Below, one piece after another: positions 12,989 through 21,962 of a DNA stretch of 24,000 nucleotides. The stretch's first letter is position 1; each line of letters begins with the position of its first letter. Position numbers and translations under genes: made by a program. Below the pieces are notes generated by a model. It was not told the DNA's origin. It did not search any database and was given only the letters and a program-made list of their open reading frames with translations. This stretch comes from a bacterium sp. HQB-39 (GTDB taxonomy: Bacteria; Pseudomonadota; Gammaproteobacteria; Enterobacterales; Vibrionaceae): positions 105,919-129,918 of the forward strand of contig JBHOHG010000010.1 of assembly GCA_043422575.1 (NCBI GenBank), read 5' to 3'.

Positions 12989-15637
12989 ATGTTTAGGATG
13001 AGTAAAGTAGCGGCTTCACTAGCCTGCATCGTTTTAAGCGGCAATCTATTTGCAGCTGAACCGTATGACGCTTCGAAAACTTACTCTGGTGGCGCGCAAG
13101 TAACACTAGACGGTAAGACTTATGAGGCGAAGTGGTGGGCAAACGCTGGTCAAAGCCCAACGAACAAGTACTCGAACGAATGGGATTCACCGTGGAAACT
13201 GGTTAGCGGTTCAACGCCGAAGCCTGACCCACAGCCAGATCCGAAACCAGATCCACAGCCAGACCCTAAGCCGGATCCACAACCTGATCCAAAACCAGAT
13301 CCACAGCCAGACCCACAACCTGATCCGCAACCAGACCCTGGTGTAGGTCAAGCTTGTTCTGCGTTCAAAGTGTACCCAGAATGGACTCGCGGCAACCACG
13401 CTGTTGGCGGCGACATCATGGTTGATAAGAACGTTGCTTATAAAGCAAACTGGTGGACAATGTCTATCCCAGGTAGCGACAGCAGCTGGTCTAAGCACAT
13501 TGATTGTAACGGCTCATCTACGGGCGAACCGGGCAACGGCAGTGGCCCAGCAGTAGCACTTTCTCTACCAAACCCACTTGATCCAGTACGTCTAGAAGTA
13601 GCGGGCTGGCCAGCAAACTTTGTGGTAGCAGGTCCTACAACATTCGGCGCTCCTGAAACAGTTTCAGTGAATGCAGCAAGCAGTCAAGATCTTAACGATG
13701 TTGCGAAACTAACAGCAGCATTCGTGAGCTTGATTGAAGCAGCGTCAGCTGCGGGTTCTTCTTCGATCATCATTACATCAGACGTTCTTGATGTTGCAAC
13801 AGCCGACAAGGGCAAAGCACTTGGTACGGTTGCAGTGAAAGAAGCATTGGCAGCGGCAGTGAGCGCAACAGCGACTCAAATTGATGCAGCGGCAATCAAT
13901 GCTCTAACGAACGATGTGAAAGGTTGGGCTCACGCTCACAACCTTGTGATCTCATCTGTAGCACCTCAAGCGACCTTTGGTTGGACACTGAGCATCGGTG
14001 ACTTTGCTTACGATAACCACTCAGGTAAGCGTTCAGTTTGGAATGCAGCATCATCAGCTTCAGCTGATTTGCTAGCAAGCTTTGATCTTTACAAAGCAGG
14101 CGCTGCAAACTCAGCGGACTTCGTTGCGTTCACTAAATCGGCGACTACGCCAGCACTTAATCCAGACCAGTGGCACAACGCTCTAGAGTACGTTAAGCAA
14201 GTTTCTGATCACATCAGAACACCTGCATTGCTATCGTCTATCCCGACGTCACAAGCTGCGGCTTACTTCCTAGGTAACACGAATGGTGAACGCCATATCC
14301 GTAAAGCTGCGCACAGCAACGTATTTGGTTTACTGTTCGATTCGAACACTGCGTTTTTAAACACGAAGATTGCTGACTACGAAAACGCTACAGTTCCTCT
14401 ATATTACGTTGGTGAAAGTGTGACAAACGGTCCACTAACACGTATTGCATCACTTAACGCAGAGTTAACTGGTGCTGAGAACAAGATGAACAACGAAGCG
14501 TTCTTGTACGAAACACCAAGCAGCTCTTGGTTGCCTTCAACCGTGTACAAGTGGAATGACTTCCTTGCAGGTCTGAACTCTATGCACAACATTGGCGTAG
14601 CAGGTAACAAGTTCTGGCTACTTGATGAGAATGCAGACGACGCGACTAACGCAATGTACGCGAAAGTAGCGATTGCAGCGTTCCTATCGCAAAGTATGCA
14701 AGAGACTATCCGTTACAACGCTTGTGACGAGAACAACTGGTCTGAAATCCGTTGGGGTGCTCCAGTTAACTACCCAATGACAGCAAGTTGTGGTCAGCTT
14801 GACCAGAAATACGCAGACTACGGTATGGACCCTGTAACTGGTGTTGATCACCCTTACTCATGTCCTCGTAACCCTAAGATGGAAGTTAGCGCACTGACCA
14901 ATGCTAAATGGTACGGTGCTCCAGCGCCTATCTTTGCTGCACCAGATGCTGTACTTGCTGAAAAAGGTCTGATCAAGAATGGTAACGTTGGTCGCTGGAC
15001 GAACAACGGTCACTGTATGACAGTACCAAGCACGGTTGATAAATCTAAGCAGGTTTGGGAACGTGAAGAGTGTGAAATCTACGAAGGTCAGAAAGCTGGT
15101 AAGTGGATTTGGGATGGTAGTGACACTAACGGTACAGTCGAAGGCTGTGGCTGGTGGGGTCGTGGTGTAATCCAGACTACAGGTCGTCAGAACTTCGGTA
15201 CACTTAACCACTTCATGGGTCGTTCACACGTGAACCCAGATACAGTTGGTACAACCGTTAACGGCGTGGTAGTTGAAGCAGCTCCTGCGAACCCACTGTA
15301 CGCTGATTTAGACTTCTGTTCTAACCCTGGTCTAATTTGTAGCTCTGAAGAGAATGCTGAGATCAAGTGGATTGCTGGTCTATTCTACTGGGTGAGCTCA
15401 GTTCAGGCATACAACGATGTAGGCGGTCAATACGCTTACTGGAACTACCACACAGAGCTTAAGAAGTACGTTGACGGTGGTCTGAAGGGTACTGAGTTTA
15501 TCGATGCAATTTCTGGTATCGTAAACCGTGGTTGTCCAGACAGCACTTGTCCTGTAAGTGGTAAAGTACACGCGATTAAAGAGCGTCAAGATAACTTCAA
15601 ACTGGTTCTTCAGACTCTGGGTCTAAACCCACAGTAA
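12989..15637 (+). CDS. Secreted multidomain GH19-type chitinase with two CBM5/12 chitin-binding modules
   Basis: Signal peptide MFRMSKVAASLACIVLSGNLFAAEP. CBM5/12 motifs YEAKWWANAGQSP and YKANWWT. A PDPQ/PKPD linker is present. GH19-like motifs AAFLSQSMQET and GCGWWGRGVIQTTGRQNFG. ATG at 12989 follows AAAGGGAAAA. Confidence 0.9.
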   Translation: MFRMSKVAASLACIVLSGNLFAAEPYDASKTYSGGAQVTLDGKTYEAKWWANAGQSPTNKYSNEWDSPWKLVSGSTPKPDPQPDPKPDPQPDPKPDPQPDPKPDPQPDPQPDPQPDPGVGQACSAFKVYPEWTRGNHAVGGDIMVDKNVAYKANWWTMSIPGSDSSWSKHIDCNGSSTGEPGNGSGPAVALSLPNPLDPVRLEVAGWPANFVVAGPTTFGAPETVSVNAASSQDLNDVAKLTAAFVSLIEAASAAGSSSIIITSDVLDVATADKGKALGTVAVKEALAAAVSATATQIDAAAINALTNDVKGWAHAHNLVISSVAPQATFGWTLSIGDFAYDNHSGKRSVWNAASSASADLLASFDLYKAGAANSADFVAFTKSATTPALNPDQWHNALEYVKQVSDHIRTPALLSSIPTSQAAAYFLGNTNGERHIRKAAHSNVFGLLFDSNTAFLNTKIADYENATVPLYYVGESVTNGPLTRIASLNAELTGAENKMNNEAFLYETPSSSWLPSTVYKWNDFLAGLNSMHNIGVAGNKFWLLDENADDATNAMYAKVAIAAFLSQSMQETIRYNACDENNWSEIRWGAPVNYPMTASCGQLDQKYADYGMDPVTGVDHPYSCPRNPKMEVSALTNAKWYGAPAPIFAAPDAVLAEKGLIKNGNVGRWTNNGHCMTVPSTVDKSKQVWEREECEIYEGQKAGKWIWDGSDTNGTVEGCGWWGRGVIQTTGRQNFGTLNHFMGRSHVNPDTVGTTVNGVVVEAAPANPLYADLDFCSNPGLICSSEENAEIKWIAGLFYWVSSVQAYNDVGGQYAYWNYHTELKKYVDGGLKGTEFIDAISGIVNRGCPDSTCPVSGKVHAIKERQDNFKLVLQTLGLNPQ
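13217..13339 (+). repeat. Tandem Pro-Asp-Pro-Gln/Lys linker repeats inside the chitinase gene
   Basis: PKPDPQPD repeated about 5 times, with matching periodicity at the nucleotide level. Confidence 0.9.
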
Positions 15638-15700
15638 GCTTGATAGATAAGCGATGAACCATAAGAGTTATGAAACAAAATAGGTCGTTTCAATAAAACA

Positions 15701-15726
15701 AGGCCCCCAATTTGGGGGCCTTTCTT
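15701..15726. terminator. Bidirectional rho-independent terminator between convergent genes
   Basis: AGGCCCCCA-ATT-TGGGGGCCT is followed by TTTCTT on the + strand and flanked by an A-rich run on the other side. Confidence 0.8.
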
Positions 15727-15779
15727 GTGCTATCAGAGTCTTCAATTCATGATAACGCCAGCAACGGGCAATCGTCGTT

Positions 15780-16406
15780 TTACTTAACTCTGATCAGTGT
15801 GCTCGAATCGGTGTGCGCAAATGGCTTACCGTAAATTTCTAAACTCGTGGTTTGAGTGTAACGAAGCACGTCTTTATCTCTCATATCCAAACGCATAATA
15901 AAGTTGGTTGTGGTCGCTTTCTCTGACATAAATTGGCTTTCGGCAATGCCTTTGGGCTTAACTGCAAAGTTAATCGTATCGCCTGCCTTACCTTCCGCAA
16001 CGACACAAACGGCACGTGGAACACAATAGGAGTTGTACACGAGTTGGTTTTTCTTATCGTAAATTAAGTAACCACGCTGATCGTGAAACTTCTTATCGTC
16101 TCTTGCTCTAAAGACTTCCTGTTTATAGTAAAGCGCGACGAGATACTGTTCGCTCGCATTGGTCGCATCGGCAGCGGGTTCAAATTCTAAGGTTTCATAG
16201 AATTTTTCGACGGCTGGTCCCCCCTTACCGACGGCTGACCCTTCTTGACCTGGTGATAAGTCGACACCACCAGATTGACCCGACTTCCATTGACCGACAA
16301 GTTTCGCAAGCGGGCCAAAATCCAGACCGTCGATCACGGTCGATTCTGTAGCAAAAGTAATAGAAGATGGAGAAAGTAAAGCAGCTAGCAAAAGCACTTT
16401 TTTCAT
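15780..16406 (-). CDS. Secreted lipocalin-like / heme-binding beta-barrel (nitrobindin/DUF1794-like) domain protein
   Basis: Signal peptide MKKVLLLAALLSPSSITFA. LAKLVGQWKSGQSGG...FYETLEFEP...YLVALYY resembles the THAP4-like beta-barrel family. The functional call is tentative. Confidence 0.6.
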   Translation of the reverse strand: MKKVLLLAALLSPSSITFATESTVIDGLDFGPLAKLVGQWKSGQSGGVDLSPGQEGSAVGKGGPAVEKFYETLEFEPAADATNASEQYLVALYYKQEVFRARDDKKFHDQRGYLIYDKKNQLVYNSYCVPRAVCVVAEGKAGDTINFAVKPKGIAESQFMSEKATTTNFIMRLDMRDKDVLRYTQTTSLEIYGKPFAHTDSSTLIRVK

Positions 16407-16632
16407 CGTAACGCTTCCTTAAGTAGGGCAGTTATGTCATTCGACAACATTTTATTTCAATAAGTTAGTGGTTTCTATCAATATTGAACGAAGATAAAAA
16501 ATACGGGATTGATATCAATGAATGGCTATTTCTGAGACATTGAACCCTTTAAAACTAAATGTGTCGAATAGGCTTGTCCTGCCTCTATTTATACTACTAT
16601 TAATAGTGTCGAGTGTACTCTCTGGGGGATGT

Positions 16633-17778
16633 ATGAAACTCACACTTTTTACCGTAGGAATCACAGCGATTTTTTCAATATCGGCTCAGGCACAAGATGA
16701 GCCAACAGAAACGTATAGTCAGATTCATTTCGAGGCACAAAATAGGTGTATTGTGCGGATGAGTGACTCTATCTCTTCAGAAGATGTGGAAGGCAGGGTA
16801 AAAGGCTTGCTTAAGGCAGTCAATGCGTCTGCTGCTTATATCTACAAACACAGCGTGAAAGGGTTTACTGTTAATCTACCTTGTACAAAGGCAAAAGCGG
16901 CTTTTATTGGAAGTAGTGATGTGGTGAGCTTTGAACCTGATGGTTTGATGTTTGCTTTACCGAAACCGCCGGGTCGAGGTAATGGTGGAGGTGACGCTAC
17001 ACCAGAACCACAAGCATTACCATGGGGGGTTACCCGAGTCGGGGGCGTAGCGGATGGTAGCGCGCTGACTGCTTGGATTATTGATACAGGCATTGACCTC
17101 GATAATCCCGATCTCAATGTGGATCAAACTTATGGATTCTCAGCTTTTACCTCGGGTAAAGAGCGTTCTCCGAATGATGGCAATGGGCATGGCACTCATG
17201 TCGCGGGTACGGTTGCAGCATTAGATAATTCTATTGATGTCGTTGGTGTTGCGGCTGGAGCCGCAGTTGTGCCTGTCAAAGTGTTAAACCGCCAAGGGTC
17301 AGGATCGTATTCTGGCGTTATTGCGGGCATAGATCATGTTGCCGCGTATGCTAGTGCTGGCGATTGTGCCAACTTGAGCTTAGGCGGAGGATACAGCCAG
17401 GCTGTTAATGATGCGGTTATAAGGTTAGGTGAGAAGGGGGTTTATGTTGCAGTTGCTGCGGGTAATGAGTCACAACATGCTGAGAATGTGTCACCAGCGA
17501 GCGCGAATGGTTTAAATGTATGGACGATTTCAGCAACAGACATCAACGATGAATTTGCATATTTCTCTAATTTTGGTAATCCCCCTGTGGATTATGCTGC
17601 ACCTGGCTATAGTGTTTTATCTTTAAAAGTAGGTGGTGGTACATCGATCAAAAGCGGAACGTCAATGGCAGCCCCTCATGCTTGTGCTGTTCTCATGTTA
17701 ACCTCAGGGAGTCCCAGTGTCGTTGGTCATGCTATCGGTGATCCAGATGGAACGGCTGATATCATACTTGGTCACTGA
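16633..17778 (+). CDS. Secreted subtilisin-family (S8) serine protease with an I9-like propeptide
   Basis: Catalytic triad motifs WIIDTGID, GHGTHVAGT and GTSMAAPH. Signal peptide MKLTLFTVGITAIFSISAQA. ATG at 16633 follows GGGGGA. Confidence 0.92.
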   Translation: MKLTLFTVGITAIFSISAQAQDEPTETYSQIHFEAQNRCIVRMSDSISSEDVEGRVKGLLKAVNASAAYIYKHSVKGFTVNLPCTKAKAAFIGSSDVVSFEPDGLMFALPKPPGRGNGGGDATPEPQALPWGVTRVGGVADGSALTAWIIDTGIDLDNPDLNVDQTYGFSAFTSGKERSPNDGNGHGTHVAGTVAALDNSIDVVGVAAGAAVVPVKVLNRQGSGSYSGVIAGIDHVAAYASAGDCANLSLGGGYSQAVNDAVIRLGEKGVYVAVAAGNESQHAENVSPASANGLNVWTISATDINDEFAYFSNFGNPPVDYAAPGYSVLSLKVGGGTSIKSGTSMAAPHACAVLMLTSGSPSVVGHAIGDPDGTADIILGH

Positions 17779-17796
17779 GTGTGTTTGTGTTTAAGC

Positions 17797-17826
17797 AAAC
17801 CGCTGCATTGCAGCGGTTTCTTTGGT
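17797..17826 (+). terminator. Rho-independent terminator after the S8 protease gene
   Basis: AAACCGCTGC-ATTG-CAGCGGTTT followed by CTTTGG. Confidence 0.75.
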
Positions 17827-18001
17827 TATAAGTCAAGGGATATTTTGTATAGCTGAAAGGCAGTCACTAAACGGCTGCAACTGTGTGACGCAGATCCGAT
17901 CATCGGTCTCTAACATCAATAGGCGGTGAACAAATAAGCAACAACTTGGTCATAAATAACACAGTGAACATTGAATCCATCTTGGAAATAGGACTCAATA
18001 G

Positions 18002-18373
18002 GTGATTTTGGTGGAGATAAATGTGTTGCAACAACCTTATCGAAAGTGGCTTCTGGTCGTATTATCGTTCTTACAAGCCTACCTTTGTTATTTATCGCAC
18101 AACGAGAAAATGCCTTTGTCTGTGTTTGATTGGTTACTGTTACCGTTTTCAATCCCCGTCTACTTTTTGTTATTGCCGGTGGTGTCGCTGCTAGAAAGTG
18201 TAACCACAATAGACTTAAACCTTGCTCATTACAGAAACTTCATGTTCCCTTATTTACAACTGAACGCATGGCTTCTTGGCGTTGTGTTTTTTATCCCGAT
18301 AAATCTACTGTATCTCAAGATAGCAAAGTCGATTTGTCGGCTTGTGAATAGGGTATATACCTCGAAAAGCTAG
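18002..18373 (+). CDS. Hypothetical membrane protein; weakly supported
   Basis: ORF with several hydrophobic stretches. It has a GTG start, no clear RBS and no recognisable family. Confidence 0.35.
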   Translation: MILVEINVLQQPYRKWLLVVLSFLQAYLCYLSHNEKMPLSVFDWLLLPFSIPVYFLLLPVVSLLESVTTIDLNLAHYRNFMFPYLQLNAWLLGVVFFIPINLLYLKIAKSICRLVNRVYTSKS

Positions 18374-18484
18374 GTACTCAAGACGGTATCTTGAGATCGC
18401 TGATACACCACTAGGGCTGTGCTTTTCATAACAGGACGTCCTAGTGACTTGTTAAACCACGAACATACCCTTGGAGGAGAGCCA

Positions 18485-19111
18485 ATGGATTTGCAATCAC
18501 TTCTATTATTCATCGTCGCATGCCTTGCGATCAATATGATCCCTGGACCCGATGTGATTTACATTGTTTCAAACACAATGAAAGGCAAGTTAACGGCAGG
18601 GTTTAAAGCGGCATTAGGACTGGGTATGGGCTATTTTGTACATACGTTGGCAGCGTCCTTAGGTTTATCAGCCATTATACTGAGCTCCGCAGTTGCCTTT
18701 AGCGCAGTCAAATGGCTAGGTGCCGCTTATCTCGTCTATTTAGGGGTTCAATCATTATTGTCAATGTGGCATGGAAAGAGCCAAGTCGTTGTCAGTGAGG
18801 ACGTCGACACTCAAAAAAATGTCTTTATGCAAGGTGTTATCGTCAGTGTGTTGAACCCAAAAGTCGCACTGTTCTTCCTTTCATTTTTGCCTCAATTTGT
18901 TGATGTATCCGCCGGTTCAACTTCGATGCAACTGTTATTACTGGGTCTGCTTTTCAGTGTGTTAGCAACGCTGTGCAATGTCTTATATGCCTCCGTAGGC
19001 AGTTGGCTGTTTAGCCGCCCCAATGCACAACGATACTCACGAGCTTTAGAAGGGGTTTCAGGCGTTTTGCTTATTGGTTTAGCAAGTAAAGTGGTCACCA
19101 GTGATCGCTAG
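18485..19111 (+). CDS. LysE/RhtB family amino-acid exporter
   Basis: N-terminus MDLQSLLLFIVACLAINMIPGPDVIYIV and LNPKVALFFLSFLPQF are typical LysE motifs. ATG at 18485 follows GGAGGAGAG. Confidence 0.9.
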   Translation: MDLQSLLLFIVACLAINMIPGPDVIYIVSNTMKGKLTAGFKAALGLGMGYFVHTLAASLGLSAIILSSAVAFSAVKWLGAAYLVYLGVQSLLSMWHGKSQVVVSEDVDTQKNVFMQGVIVSVLNPKVALFFLSFLPQFVDVSAGSTSMQLLLLGLLFSVLATLCNVLYASVGSWLFSRPNAQRYSRALEGVSGVLLIGLASKVVTSDR

Positions 19112-19384
19112 AGAGTGTATTTTGATTAGGAGATACCATGTTCTCAGTGAAAACGGCTTGTTAACTAATTTTCGATTTAAACGCAGAGTATTTGAATACC
19201 TTACGGCCCAGACCCATTAATCTCTAGTCGATTGAATCGAACCTTTTTAGAGCCGATATTTACTCATTGATGTCTATTGCTACTGACAACGATAGCAAAT
19301 GGAAGGAAGTTCAGCGCAGACAGCTTTAAATTCAACTCATTAGGCTACGGCTATTCAATTAAGAAACAATCAAAAAGGGCAGAT

Positions 19385-19867
19385 ATGATCAGAGAAATGA
19401 CAAAGGCAGATTTTGAGGCTTTTTGGCCACACTTCTCAGACGTTATTCTGGCTCAAGAAACATATGCTTTCGACCCAGATATGACCAAGGAACAGGCATA
19501 TTCTTTATGGTGTCAAACGCCGCTTAAATCCTATGTATTTGTTGAAAATGAAGTTGTTCTTGGTACTTATTACATCAAGCCAAATGCAATGGGGCCGAGT
19601 CGTCATATCTGTAATTGCGGTTATATGGTATCAAGCGAAGCAAGCGGGCAAGGCATTGCACGCCGCATGTGCGAACACTCGCAGCAGACAGCGAGAAAAC
19701 TTGGCTTTGAAGCAATGCAATTTAACAGTGTGGTATCGACCAATATGGTGGCTGTTAACCTATGGCAAAAACTAGGGTTTCAGATCATAGGAACCATCCC
19801 CAAAGCGTACCGACATGCCAAACTAAGGTTAGTTGATAGCTACATCATGTATAAGTGGTTTGCGTAG
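19385..19867 (+). CDS. GNAT family N-acetyltransferase
   Basis: SSEASGQGIARRMCEH (Q/RxxGxG/A motif) and NLWQKLGFQIIG. The start is chosen at MIREMTKADF. Confidence 0.85.
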   Translation: MIREMTKADFEAFWPHFSDVILAQETYAFDPDMTKEQAYSLWCQTPLKSYVFVENEVVLGTYYIKPNAMGPSRHICNCGYMVSSEASGQGIARRMCEHSQQTARKLGFEAMQFNSVVSTNMVAVNLWQKLGFQIIGTIPKAYRHAKLRLVDSYIMYKWFA

Positions 19868-19990
19868 TAAAATGGCACACTTGAGTGCATCGTATCATTC
19901 ACCATCAACAATCGTTCGTCAGCTCTCCCCCTTGATCGCGGTACTAATGAGATCGGTGCAATCAAGAAAAGGGGGAGTTGGAGGGGGTTG

Positions 19991-20025
19991 CTCATTCAAA
20001 ACGGCTTTACTGTGAATGAGTTTTT
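19991..20025 (+). terminator. Rho-independent terminator
   Basis: CTCATTCA (19991-19998) pairs with TGAATGAG (20013-20020), followed by TTTTT. Confidence 0.7.
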
Positions 20026-20065
20026 AATTCACTCTCATGCTAGAGAAGAAAAATGCTGAGCCTGA

Positions 20066-20100
20066 AAACAAAAAAGCCGCTGAACTATCAGCGGCTTTTT
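20066..20100 (-). terminator. Rho-independent terminator downstream of tRNA-Ser (bidirectional hairpin)
   Basis: GCCGCTGA-ACTA-TCAGCGGC, flanked by an A-run on one side and a T-run on the other. Confidence 0.75.
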
Positions 20101-20108
20101 ATAGAATG

Positions 20109-20199
20109 TGGCGGAGAGATAGGGATTTGAACCCTAGATACGCTATTAACGTATGCCGGTTTTCAAGACCGGTGCTTTCAACCACTCAGCCATCTCTCC
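20109..20199 (-). tRNA. tRNA-Ser (anticodon UGA), with an encoded CCA end
   Basis: The reverse complement folds as a class II cloverleaf. Acceptor GGAGAGA/TCTCTCC. Anticodon arm CCGGT-CUUGAAA-ACCGG. Long variable arm ATACG...CGTAT. T-arm TAGGG-TTCAAAT-CCCTA. 3' end GCCA. Confidence 0.95.
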
Positions 20200-20210
20200 T
20201 TGTGGCGGCA

Positions 20211-20239
20211 ATATTAATAGTGTTGTTTTTCCTTGTAAA
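20211..20239 (-). promoter_or_regulatory. Candidate sigma70 promoter for tRNA-Ser
   Basis: On the minus strand: TTTACA, a 17-nt spacer, TAATAT, then the GC-rich discriminator TGCCGCC about 5 nt before the mature tRNA 5' end. Confidence 0.55.
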
Positions 20240-20687
20240 GATAAAAATCATGCCGTCAGTACCGTTTGGCTAATATTTGTTCTTTCGTTGTTATAAGTAA
20301 GAAAGAAGTCTGAATAAGTACTATCCAAGATGCAAGATTCACTGTGAATGGAAAGGCACTTACTTGTGACTTGCTCATTTGTCAATAGACGACTCTGAGA
20401 TCGTGCCGTTGCTGATTTTACGTCATCTATCAGTAAGGCAGTGTGATCCATGGTTTACTTTGTTGTTGGTTTTGCTGAAAAAATCGGCAAAAAATGACAA
20501 AAAAGACGAGTAAAAGCTCTATCGATAAAATTTTTAAAAAATAGTGTTTTATTACTTAGTTGTTGATTTTATTGGTAAAAGTTACTTTGAGTTAACGCCT
20601 GTTCGCCCGAAAATATTTGCAAGACTTTGTGAACTGTTTCAAAATTAACTGGTTGAATCAGTTGAACTGAGCCAAGTAAGGTTAATT

Positions 20688-21365
20688 ATGAGAGTCACAA
20701 ATCTTTTAAAGCACAAAGTTGATGCCCTGTCTTCGAACCACTCTGAGTTTATGAGCTGGATGTCGCCGACTTTGCGCGAATATTGGGGTGATTTTCTAGG
20801 GAAGGCGCAAGGCAGCTTTTTGTTCTCTAAAGTTCGTGATCACGAGCAGCCAGCAATCAATGAAGAAGCACCCGTACCCGCACCTATTGTGTTGAAACCA
20901 GAAGCACAGTTGGTGTACGACGAACTCAAAGAAAAAATCGGTGAAGTGATCCATGTGGGTGACTGGATTCACGTATCTCAAGAGCGCATTAACCAGTTTG
21001 GTTCTGTGACAGAAGATATGCAGTGGATTCATACGGACCCAGAGCGCGCGGCAGCTGAATCTCCATTTAAGACCACCATTGCACATGGCTTTTTGACATT
21101 GGCGCTGTTGCCTAAGTTGACCGACTCGGTTAATCCCGAGCAGTCACTCTTCCCAACGGCCAAAATGGTGGTGAACATCGGTCTGAATCAAGTGCGTTTC
21201 CCTTATCCTGTCAAAGCAGGGAATAACGTTCGCGCTGAAAGTACTCTGACTAAGGTGACACCGATTAAGAAAGGCCTTGAGATTGAACGCGAAATCAAGA
21301 TAAAAATTGATGGTGTTCGCCGACCAGCAGCGGTCGTGGTGTCAGTTATCCAACTGCACTTTTAA
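20688..21365 (+). CDS. MaoC-like (R)-hydratase/dehydratase hotdog-fold protein with an N-terminal extension
   Basis: GDWIHVSQERINQFGSVTEDMQWIHTDPERAAAESPFKTTIAHGFLTLALLP is a typical MaoC dehydratase motif. Confidence 0.85.
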   Translation: MRVTNLLKHKVDALSSNHSEFMSWMSPTLREYWGDFLGKAQGSFLFSKVRDHEQPAINEEAPVPAPIVLKPEAQLVYDELKEKIGEVIHVGDWIHVSQERINQFGSVTEDMQWIHTDPERAAAESPFKTTIAHGFLTLALLPKLTDSVNPEQSLFPTAKMVVNIGLNQVRFPYPVKAGNNVRAESTLTKVTPIKKGLEIEREIKIKIDGVRRPAAVVVSVIQLHF

Positions 21366-21381
21366 CCCGAATTCCAATTCG

Positions 21382-21410
21382 ATACCCAGCCAAGTGCTGG
21401 GTATTTTTTT
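21382..21410 (+). terminator. Rho-independent terminator after the MaoC gene
   Basis: ATACCCAGC-CAAGT-GCTGGGTAT followed by a run of seven T. Confidence 0.8.
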
Positions 21411-21420
21411 ATGGGTTTCT

Positions 21421-21448
21421 TACGTTTCAGCGAGAGTTGCTTGGGTAT
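21421..21448. repeat. Partial third copy of the 46-nt repeat family
   Basis: TACGTTTCAGCGAGAGTTGCTTGGGTAT compared with TACGTT-CAGCGAGAGCTGCTTGG in copy 2 (5600-5622). Confidence 0.6.
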
Positions 21449-21501
21449 ATAATGAGCCCGCTTACAATAAAACCGCTAACAAAAATAACAAGGACACAGA
21501 G

Positions 21502-21816
21502 ATGTATCACGCTCACGTTTACTTTACTCTATTACAAGCAAAAGCCGCAGAGGAGTTCCGCTCAAAAATATCCGCTGAACGTGACGACGTAACGGAAGTT
21601 TTTCCTTTGGTGAAGCGCTTGGTAGGGCCGCACAAGCTACCAATGTTTGAGCTGAATTTTGTGGATAACAGCCAAGGCATTATCGAGTGGCTGGATGAAA
21701 ACCGTGGTCAATTTGATGTGCTGGTTCACCCTGTCACAGGCGATGATATTGTCGATCACAGTGACAGTGCGGTTTGGCTCGGTCGCGAACTCGGAGTGTT
21801 TGAAGACAAACTATAA
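21502..21816 (+). CDS. DOPA 4,5-dioxygenase family protein (small, about 104 aa)
   Basis: MYHAHVYF...LVGPHKLPMFE...VLVHPVTGDD resembles the PF08883-type family. ATG at 21502 follows AAGGACACAGAG. The upstream part of the ORF-track call overlaps the MaoC gene and its terminator. Confidence 0.8.
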   Translation: MYHAHVYFTLLQAKAAEEFRSKISAERDDVTEVFPLVKRLVGPHKLPMFELNFVDNSQGIIEWLDENRGQFDVLVHPVTGDDIVDHSDSAVWLGRELGVFEDKL

Positions 21817-21962
21817 TAGGCCCATGTCGACCTAACCTCGCGCACCTCCCTTTGCTGACAAGAGGTCTCCCAATTCAATCAACCTAAGGGCTGTGATAAG
21901 CGGTAACTTGGCGTTTAATGTGCTAAACATTAATAGTAAAGTATGAAAATTGGGGGACTCCT

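Noticed and set aside
13217-13339. Periodic nucleotide repeats that might suggest a CRISPR-like or mobile repeat array.
   Set aside because: They lie in frame within the chitinase ORF and encode a Pro/Asp/Gln/Lys interdomain linker. There are no spacers.
375-15589. Numerous 60-160-aa ORFs antisense to, or out of frame within, large genes. Examples: 375-677, 3049-3525, 7093-7425, 8598-8897, 9548-9850, 10137-10466, 13211-13498 and 14858-15211.
   Set aside because: These are shadow ORFs inside well-supported genes. They have no RBSs or domain signatures.
19868-20199. tRNA-Ser as the attachment site of a genomic island covering the upstream genes.
   Set aside because: No integrase is present. 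I did not spot a direct repeat of the tRNA 3' end elsewhere in the window. The adjacent genes (GNAT, LysE, protease, chitinase) look like ordinary chromosomal genes.
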